NCBI GenBank assembly: GCA_951406725.2
Contig: OX597831.1
Span: forward strand, 10,726,001 to 10,790,000
DNA length: 64,000 bases
From: Octopus vulgaris
Taxonomy: Eukaryota
Direction: 5' to 3'
Position numbers and translations under genes: made by a program. The notes under the pieces were generated by a model that saw only the letters and a list, made by a program, of their open reading frames with translations, was not told the DNA's origin and did not search any database. Of the stretch, positions 54,261 through 64,000 are shown piece after piece (positions within the stretch are counted from its first letter, which is position 1; each line of letters opens with the position of its first letter).

Positions 54261-54466
54261 CATAGTGTTGGCCAAAAGTCACCTCACTGTAAATCAAAAT
54301 TCCGCAAATACTTAATATTCAATTTTATTTATTCATTCCAATTATGAATGTTAAATAATGGAATTCTGTCTATTTATTAGAGATAGTCTCACATAAAATA
54401 TTTTGTTTTAATCTTGGAAGTGGATGGTTTTCTTTTACTGTCAGGTGACTTTTGGCCAATGTTGTA
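54261..54466. mobile_element. Tc1-like MITE (~205 bp)
   Basis: Inverted termini ttggccaaaagtcacct / aggtgacttttggccaa (17 bp perfect, extending imperfectly). Confidence 0.75.
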
Positions 54467-54517
54467 CGTAGTAGGTTTTGAACTGCCTACATGAAAAAAA
54501 AAAATTATGAGTGTGTC

Positions 54518-54880
<363 letters not shown>

Positions 54881-54889
54881 AGGCTAAAA

Positions 54890-55215
54890 GGTAGAGACCC
54901 CCTTCCGTCATGGATGACCATAAGATTGCACCTAGAAAGTTACCTTCCGAGGCACAAGTCCGGACAAAGTTGTTTTATGGAAGACCAGCAGTCACCCATG
55001 CATACCAGCCTCCCCTCTCCACGCCACCGATGTTGTCCAAGGGAAAGGCAAAGGGGCCGGTACACTTTGGCTCCCGTGACGTCGCAACTCATTTCTACAG
55101 CTGAGTGAACTGGAGCAATGTGAAATAAAGTGTCTTGCTCAAGAACACAACACACAGTCCGGTCCGGGAATCGAACTCACAACCTCACGATTGTAAGCTC
55201 TAACACTGCGCCATG
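54890..55215 (-). mobile_element. SINE family C, near full length
   Basis: Minus strand B box gagttcgattccc, CORE-like gtgttcttgagcaagacactttatttcacattgctccagttcactcagctgtagaaatgag. Confidence 0.85.
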
Positions 55216-55247
55216 TTACTATAATAATAATAATAATAATAATAATA

Positions 55248-55280
<33 letters not shown>

Positions 55281-55599
55281 AGCAACAGAGGGACTCAGTG
55301 CCGAGAGTTTCGTGTGTCAACTCTTATCAAACAAGTTAGACATCGATAGGTTGTAATTTTATGTACCGGTGATAATTGTGTTACCCTGGAATGTTCGGGA
55401 AGAAATTATAGAAAATAATTAGAATGCAAAGTGAATAATTCATGTTTTCTCACTATTTTACACATTATGCCGCCCAATAAATAAATATATAAATAGAAAA
55501 TTCGGGAAAATTTGTGCGTTCTTACACGTTCATAAATGAGAGTACCGGTGAATGTAATTTCAATACCTACGTACGTACATACATGCATACACACACACA

Positions 55600-55670
<71 letters not shown>

Positions 55671-55898
55671 CAGATGTAGAATGCTTGCAAACTGCTTTCT
55701 TTCTTGTAAAGTTTCGTACCAAAAGACAACTCACATTATAAATAATTAAAAGTGATAGTTTTGGGAATTAAAAAAGGTTTTCTTTCTATATTTCATTTTC
55801 CTTTCCTACTTAGCTTTACAATTATTTTTTTGTTCCTTTTGCCAACTATTTGCTTAAAAACTTCCATATTATTTCTATTATTATTATTATTATCATCA

Positions 55899-55983
<85 letters not shown>

Positions 55984-56012
55984 CATTTGGTCTGTTAATA
56001 TTTCTTATCGCT

Positions 56013-56200
56013 AAGGCAGTGAGCTGACAGAATCGTGAACACTTTGGACAAAACACTTAAACGAATTTCGCCCACCTTAACATACTTGTGTTTAAATTAT
56101 TCCGTTTAAGTTGATTTCACCTTTGGTCATTTTGAGGTCGATAAAATGTGTACCAATTCCCTAGAAATTGCTTACCTTGTGCCAAAATTTTAAAACCAGA
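56013..56200 (+). mobile_element. SINE family A, diverged
   Basis: ggcagtgagctgacagaatcg..gaggtcgataaaatgtgtacca. Confidence 0.75.
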
Positions 56201-57128
56201 CCCCCTCCCTTGAGATGCTGAACTTGTGTCATTATTTCTTATGGTTTCATGATGATGATGATGATGATGACGACGGTGACGATGATGATATAATTAGATA
56301 TGCAAGGTACGTCTGCGGTTCAAACGAAGTAAATATTTGTCACCTTTGAAAAAACAAACGTCTTTCGACACTGAATCAGCAACGTGTCGTTGCACAATAT
56401 TACAAGGATGACTGTTTTATAAAAACATAAATATTTCCCAGACTGGTAATATACCGACATAATATCACTGTTTCAGTCTCTTTCATCTGTATCTACACTT
56501 ATTTTTAAAATACACTTAAAACGATGTTTACTAACAACCGCCGAATATACAACCGTTTTACTGTTTTCAAACGATCCTAATACTTAAAGTCATCCATAAC
56601 ATTAGGCTTTGCACTCACCGATGTTTGTATTATCTCAATGAAATATATCAGTGAAATTACTTATTTTAGTTTACTGTTTTCCTTTTTTATTAATGTTCTT
56701 TATAGTAAAGACAATAAAAATTATAGTGACTGTTACTATGGCAATAATACCTTTCTGTGTACAATTTGGCAAGTCTCTCGGCACGACAAGATCAAGAATG
56801 AACGATAAAAATAGTGATTACTGCCAATAAGAACAAGCACCAATGATTACCATAAGATTAGCAAGAGAATCGCGACGAATATAAATTAATACCAATAACA
56901 GGAATTATTGCACCAACAGCACCCTGATCTTAAACGAGCACTAAACACAGGGTTTGACAACAGCCGTACTAAAAAGTGTCATTTTTATTGTTTTATAAGG
57001 GTGGCAAGGAATAATTACTAAGCGAATATTAGCACCAAGACTCTTACAATCTCTCTCAGTTTCGGTACTAAAACAGAAATATTTACAGTTTGACAGATAT
57101 GTTGTTTAATGTTTGAGTAAGACGCAGA

Positions 57129-57542
57129 GGCGGCGAGTTGGAAGAAACGTTAGCATGCCGGGCGAAATGCCTAGCGGTATTTCGTCTGCCGCTACGTTCT
57201 GAGTTCAAATTCCGCGGAGGTCGACTTTACCTTTCATCCTTTCGGGGTCGATAAATTAAGTACCAGTTACGCACTGGGGTCGATGTAATCGACTTAATCT
57301 CTTTGTTTCTCCCCTCTATGTTTAGCCCCTTGTGGGCCATAAAGAAATGAGAAACGTTAGCATACTGGGTGAAATACATTGCAAGATTTCGTCTACATTC
57401 TGTGTTTAAATTCCGCCGAGGATGATTTTACCTGTCATCCTTTCCGGGTCGATAAATTAAGTACCAGTTGCGTACTGGGATCAATCTAATCGACTGGCCC
57501 CATCCCCAAAAATTTCGGGCCTTGTGCCTAGAATAGAAAAGA
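57129..57542 (+). mobile_element. SINE family A dimer
   Basis: Two central domains; tail cgggccttgtgcctagaatagaaaag. Confidence 0.92.
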
Positions 57543-57599
57543 CCATTTGGGTAAAACAATTGAGCGGAGAAATGGAAGAACCTACAAATACAAATACTT

Positions 57600-58200
57600 C
57601 TTTCTAGGAACGACGCCTGAAATTGCGGGATGGCACTAATCGAATTCATCACCCCCAGACCCTGAAAGGATGAAAAGCACTGTCGACATCAGCGAAATTT
57701 GAACTCAAAAGTTAAAACCGGAAGAAATGCCGTTAAGCATTTTGTCCTTTGCGCCAACGTTTCTGCAAGTTCGCCGCCCTAAATAATAATAATAATATTT
57801 TTGTAATATGGCCTCAATACAATACAGTTTGACTGCGAATAATCTTCCATTTTATTTCCCTCACTTCACAATAATACTCCAAGGCTCCATTATTTTCTTG
57901 AGTTTACAAAGGTGAACAGTGAAGCTGCCGGCTTTAGCAGGATTTGAACTCAGAACATAAAGAAATGTGACTGATTACGTTTCCTTTGAAATTTCGGCGC
58001 AAGACCAGCGCGTTTAGATAAGATTGTTAGTCGATTAAATCGATCCCGGTTCTCAGCTGGTACTCGTTTTTACTGATACTGAAAGAGTGAAAAAGAAAGA
58101 GAATCTCAGAAGAATTTGAACTCGGAATGTAAGGAACCGGAATAAAAGCTGCTCAGCATTTAGTCTGATACTCTAAATGTTCTGTCAGTTCGCCGCTGAC
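57600..58200 (-). mobile_element. Three inverted, diverged family A SINEs
   Basis: gaaggatgaaa..atttgaactca..agttcgccgcc in reverse orientation at ~57650-57780, 57870-57960 and 57985-58195. Confidence 0.75.
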
Positions 58201-59035
58201 TAGAAGGCATTTTGTAGGTGATCTACCGATTTTGTCACCTTACAACACTCGTTTGATGAATCCATTTTCGGAGAGCAACAATGAAATATGGGAATCCTTT
58301 TGGCTTTAAAAATGACAAATAGTTGGAATAATATATGGATACAACAGAAGCTTTAGATCTTCTCACTGTCATGCTTTCCTTTAACCGTATATGTGAATAA
58401 TTCAATGTAGCATTTCAATGACCAAGACCAAGGGTTGACAAATGTGATGGGAGGCGGAATACATTGGAGACGTATTTTATGTCTTACGGACTAAGAGGAA
58501 TTCAAAAAATAAATATTTGTTTATTGAGTGTTTTCGTTTTTACACTTTCAGTGTTAAGCAAGAAAGGCGAATTCAATAGTTGTTTGTTTGCCTAAGATGA
58601 AGTGTTTCAATGGTTACAGAATTTGCGCTTCGATGTTGTGAAGACGTGAGTCAAATTCCAAAGCAAGTAGTTTCAGTATAGCAGCGATTGTTGTTTGATT
58701 CCTACCTCGTTCATTGTAGAATCTATATTTCCGGTAGCTTTGAAACGATAGCTGTCAACTAATATAGGATTTATTGATCAAAGCAGCGCGGTTTATGAAT
58801 ACACATCAACTAGCCATTACTTCATGAATTACAACCCGGATGGCTGTAGAACTGCGATTTCGAAATGGAATAGGCAGCAGCAGTAATAATAACGACAATA
58901 ATGATTCCTTTTATTGGCCACAAGGACTTCACAATAAGGGACAATACTAGGGCGAAACTCAGAAAATAATAAATCAGGAATATACATCAGGTAAAAATAG
59001 TTAGGTTAGTAAAAATAACAAGCATTTCGCTCATA

Positions 59036-59392
59036 CGTGGCTGTGTGGTAAGAAGCTTGATACCCAACCACATGGTTCCTGGTTCAGTCTTACTGCATGG
59101 TACCCTGGGCAAGTGTCTTCTATTATAGCCTCAGGTCGGCCAAAGCCTTGCGAGTCGATTTGGTAGACGGAAACAGAAGACAGTGCGTGTGTGTGTGTTT
59201 GTACCCCATCGCCGCTTGACAACCGTTGCTGGTGTGTTTAGGTCACTGTAACTTAGTGGTTCGGCAAAAGACGCCGATAGAATAAGTACCAAGCTTTGAG
59301 AAATTTAAGTATAGGTGACGATTTGTGCAACTAAAACCCATCTTTGACTGTGCTCCAGTATGGCCACAGTCAAATGACTGAAACAAGTAAAA
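59036..59392 (+). mobile_element. SINE family B
   Basis: gtggctgtgtggtaagaagcttg..ggcaagtgtcttc..gtcaaatgactgaaacaagtaaaa. Confidence 0.9.
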
Positions 59393-59406
59393 CAGATATA
59401 TAATAA

Positions 59407-59610
59407 TGGTTTTAACTTCTGGTACCAGGGCAGCACTTGCCTGCAGAAGGATGTTAATCGATTAGGTCGATCACCCCTCTACTTTACTGGTTCTAATTTT
59501 ATCGACTCCAAATGTATGAGACGCAAATTCAACGTGGGTAGAATTTGGATTCAGAACGTGGAGTGGGACGAATGCCGGTCCAACGCCTCAACAATTCAGC
59601 AACCTTGGCG
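59407..59610 (-). mobile_element. SINE family A, diverged
   Basis: actggttctaattttatcgactcc..atttggattcagaacgt. Confidence 0.65.
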
Positions 59611-60379
59611 CATTGGATACGTAGCAACGGTAATAAGAAATAAGAAATACCTTCAAAGATTACTAAATTGCAAAACCAGGATTGCTCTAATATAACAGAG
59701 GTACCTGCCTTCTCTCAATGATAATGAAAAAAAAAACCCAGTTATTTATAAATTAGTATAAAACTTCGCTTCCAAGTATACACCCACACACACAGACACA
59801 CACACATATGCATAAACGCTTGCAAATGAACACAGATACACTTGCATGCGCACGGGAACCAGACGTGATTATATGGTCTGTATGTTACGGAGATCTTTGC
59901 CAATATTGAAGATTGATTATTGCAAGCCAATGTGGCATGGAATGGGAATATGCACAAAGTCTCAATGACCATGTACAATTTGACGAGAAAGTGATGGTGA
60001 GAGAGAGAGAAAGAGAGAGAGAGAGAAGCTGTCGCCCCGTATATTTCTTACAGCATGAAGGAGAGTGACGCGCATTCTCACAGAGAGACGAGGCTTCTCA
60101 CACAGTTTTCTGTAAGCATTTTCTCAATTTCATAACTCTTCGTTATTTCCTGTTCTTATTTTACCACCCCCTGTCCACTTCTTTACCATCCATCTCTCTC
60201 CTTCTCTCTCTCTCTTTCTCTCTCCCGCTGACTATCAGTCTGTCTCTATCATTCTCTCTGGCTCCGTAGTTATGTTCGGAGTTCAAATGCCGAATGCGGC
60301 CCTCAAGCATCCTTCCGGCTGCCCTCGACTGTATTCCCTCTATAAAATATGATGAATCTTTCTTTAAGTGACATGTGCT

Positions 60380-61720
60380 TTCATTTATTTTTAGTGTGGT
60401 CCCCTACACATCCAGGTTTGGGATCTGGCCCAGATATGATAAAGGTTGTAAAGTGTTGGTTAAATCTTGCTACTGCATACACCTAGTTACTGCTAGAAAT
60501 CGAGAGACGCCGTGCATCTTAAGATCTTCCCTCTTGTCTCCAACTTTTAAACTGTTCATGAGTTCCTTCCCTATTCTTGCGAGTTACATTTATATCGTTT
60601 CTGCATTTTCCCATCTTCCTTTTCTTAACTTTTGTACTGCATAGTTTTGCTCCATATTCCCTTCCTGTATGTTTGAAATTCCGTTGGAGATGTTGTCCCC
60701 CAAAGTTTACTCTGTTTTGTTACACTCGTTTGGGGTTTGATTCAAATATTTTGTTCTGGAATAAATTTTTGCCATTTTAAATATGATTTTGTTTAGATAT
60801 CTTTTTTGCTCCCAGACAGACTTCTATTTTGTTGATATTAAATTTTCTTATAATTGTTTATATTTGTTGTTCTCGACTTGGACCCCATTTCTCCACTTCG
60901 CAAATTAAAGATGGGTTTTCCTGTGAATCGTTTAACTTTTACATAGTATATTCTCTTTGCACACTTCTTTTTGCTTTCGTTTTAATCAAGGATGATCTGA
61001 CTCTCTAAGGAATAAGCCGAGTACACCTCGCTACTACAATTGCTATGAATATATCAATACATTAATTCCGTTGATGTTGGAGTCGTTTACTTCCGTAAAG
61101 AGAAATCCCCACAGTGAAACCTTTTTATCATCTGTTTGCTTGTTTGTCACTTCAACAGCGGTTCATGTTGATTCATGTCCATTGATCGCTTTATTTTTCT
61201 TACGTTCTCTTTATTCATTCTCCCATGTTTTCCTCAGCATTGACTCTAGTTTGATCTGTTTTAATCTTGGATGCTTTAATTCGATTTCTTTTCGAATGTG
61301 GCTTTGAGAGTAAATTTTTGTTTTGGTTCAGTATTTGTTTGAATATTTTCATGATGCTTTCTAATCCCCAGTTTAGATTTTAAGTTTCTTTTTCTGCGTT
61401 CCTGCTTTTCATATCCTGTGACCCTTGTGTATTCTTTGTGCGGTGATTTCATAATATTTACCTTGTATTTTCTAGACTCATTTACAAGATGTGACATCGT
61501 CTCTGCTCTGATGTTTCCTTCACTTCTGAAGTTTTATGTGTCTTATTATCGATTCATTGGCTTAGAATAGATTATCATGTTTATCTGCACATTTATGGTT
61601 TCGTATGTTTTCAATGTGTATCATTTCTATAAAGTGTTTTTTGAGATCAGGTTTTTTATTATAAATTTTCATAAATTCACAACTCTGTTTACTTGAATAC
61701 AGCTCCTCCTTTCCTGCAAT
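60380..61720 (-). mobile_element. Heavily decayed LINE-like fragment
   Basis: Strong A-rich minus-strand skew with broken K/N/E-rich frames; no clear motif recovered. Confidence 0.35.
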
Positions 61721-61771
61721 CTTTTACTTCCAATGCCCATAGGACATAATTACATTGATCGTGGACGATCC

Positions 61772-61828
<57 letters not shown>

Positions 61829-61846
61829 TTTATTATCATCATCATC

Positions 61847-61938
<92 letters not shown>

Positions 61939-61939
<1 letters not shown>

Positions 61940-62398
61940 GAGTGAGAGAGCAGTGCATGCCATCAAAGTGACACTGGGGTACAAATATACGAAGCCCAGT
62001 ATACCCATCATGACTACCCGTCTGATAAGGGTACACCAGGCACATGCATCACAACCATATGTGCGCGATATGATGATCTCATAACAAGATAAACAGCGCA
62101 TGACCTTGCGGGTGGGGTCCAGTTAGAATTTTCTTCTGGTTGGGTAACCCATCCCACTCAAAAGGTCCCTGATTAAGGGTTGTTTAAGGATGTTGAATGA
62201 AACACCCATGTTTCCAGAGGGGAATCATTCAAACCCCAAAGAATCCCTCTCAACACATGGCCATGATGCTCCCCCACTACTTCTACTCGTGATCAGAGAT
62301 GCACATATCGTCAGCCACTAAGGGACATGCTCAACTGGTTAAGGTCAAACAACTGACAAGAAAAGCTGTGGTATTGAGCAGAATATTTGCTGTAGCCC
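61939..62398 (-). mobile_element. Unclassified ~460 bp element bounded by (TTA)n on both sides
   Basis: GC-richer block between (TTA)n tracts 61772-61938 and 62399-62442. Confidence 0.55.
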
Positions 62399-62442
<44 letters not shown>

Positions 62443-62446
<4 letters not shown>

Positions 62447-64000
62447 TTGAGGAAAACTCTCAGTATATTTTTCTGGGTATGACTGAAAGTGTCAGCTGTA
62501 GACAGCCCGCAGACTAAGGTGGCATTTATTTACTTATCATGCTTTAAGAACCCTGTGGTGAACCCTTCCACTTCCAAGTAATGCTGGTTTTTGAGCCACG
62601 TTACTAGTTGGCTGCTGATACTTCCAAATACGCCAATCAGTATTAATAGCAGGTCTACTCCTGTCACTGACCACAAACTTCGCTTTTCACTTCAATTCAT
62701 CCTAGTTGTTCACTTTGCTTCTTTCTCTTCGGTCTTGTTGTCACCAGGACATGCTATATCGATTATCAGACGTGTCTTTGTCTTTTCCGTTCACCATAAT
62801 GATGTCAGGTTTCGAAGTTTGATCTGATGATCACACTGAATCATTCCATCCCACAGGATTTGACAGTCAGCATTTTCAAAAACTCCTTTTGGGATTCGGT
62901 CAAACTACGTCTTTGATCTTTCTAGGTAATAAGTTCCACAGAGCTCCCAATGGCTCGTTCTCGCCACATTGTCATGTCATCTTTTGTAATCGCACTCAAC
63001 CAATTTTGGTCATTCGCTAGCGATGTGTCATATTGTTCCACCCCTCTCACCACACATTCTGCTTTTGTCGGTCTCGGTAAGGTTGTCGATTTGACACTTC
63101 ACATAGTTAGTCCTTAATGCTTGTCCTTGTGCTGCGCATATAGAAGTGCTTCTTTCTCCATCTTCAAGTCACTCCTCCTCATCCATAGCCACCGGTCTTC
63201 TGTATCTGTCTTTGCGTGCGTTTCCCTTGCAAACTCACCGTACAATTTCTCCTTCCACGTGTTTTTTTGTGTTCGTTTCCTCTAAGTTTTTAAACAATTT
63301 TGGTTCCCCGGTATTTTTACATACCACGCCAAGCTGTTTTTATGCCAACTGGTCAAACCCCACCAATCCTTTCTTCAGGACAAGTACAGCCTATCGGTGT
63401 CAATCCTAAGATAGAAGGTTCTGTGCACTGTTAATATTTTTCTTGTCTACGCATCCATGTTCATCAGTTCTTCATTTTACTAGTTTATGATTCCAGCTCC
63501 ATACCTAAGTGATGCTATCACCCATGAATTAACTGCTTGAATTTTAAGCCATCCGGTTAATTTTGTTCCCAACACCAATCTCAGCCTTCGGAAATATTCC
63601 ATTATCATTTGTTCTTTTATTTCTTTCTCCATGATTTCGTTAAACTCTTGTATGCCAAGGAAATTGTAGCCTTCCTTTTCAATTTGTCTAATCAGTTCTC
63701 TATTTGGTAATTCTCTTTGTGCTAGGAATTGTACCTTGCCTCTTTTCAGGTACATCATGCCACACTTCTTGTGTCCGAATTTCACTTGTGCTTCATATTT
63801 ATCAGACAGCTTCAAATCATCCATGAAGAAGAGGTGGCTGATTGTTTGGGATTTTCACTTTAGCTGATACCCGAGATTCATTTTCTGAAGTACCAAGGTC
63901 AAAAGAATTATGCAGAGAACAGAAAGCAACGGAAATAATCCACCGCCTTGGAAAATCCCTTTTCTGCTGCCCAGGGCGCTCAAGCTTTGTCCGTAGGATA
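62443..64000 (-). mobile_element. R4/Dong-like LINE: RT, CCHC, restriction-like endonuclease; (TAA)n at 3' end; runs off window
   Basis: GIFQGG.LFPLL, ISHLFFMDDLKL, FGHKKCG, YNFLGIQE, RMCGERG..HIASE, KPDII..IIDIACPGDNK; frameshifted. Confidence 0.92.

Noticed and set aside
63480-63824. Reverse transcriptase ORF as a retron, DGR or defence RT
   Set aside because: Motifs, downstream CCHC and restriction-like endonuclease, (TAA)n end and frameshifts identify a decayed R4/Dong LINE.

Overview
AT-rich eukaryotic genomic DNA dominated by simple repeats ((TA)n, (CA)n, (TAGA)n, (AAT)n, (CT)n) and interspersed repeats. The SINE families and microsatellite density match my recollection of octopus (coleoid cephalopod) genomes; this is inference, not a database result. 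There is no prokaryotic gene content, operon, rRNA, CRISPR array or intact long CDS, and nearly all listed ORFs are microsatellite artefacts. Identifiable elements: three tRNA-derived SINE families (dozens of copies), decayed R4/Dong-type LINEs, RTE and L1/Tx1 3' ends, two mariner remnants, two MITEs, a non-autonomous Helitron, and Penelope-type repeats with hammerhead-like motifs. Unique islands suggest a promoter near 20.45-20.53 kb with a + strand first exon (ATG 21583, donor after 21642) and a long intron, a divergent spliced - strand transcript, and an orphan antisense coding-like exon at 33745-33957. I could not name any host gene. I see no convincing novel multi-gene system; the most interesting signals are RNA-structural and transposon-related.
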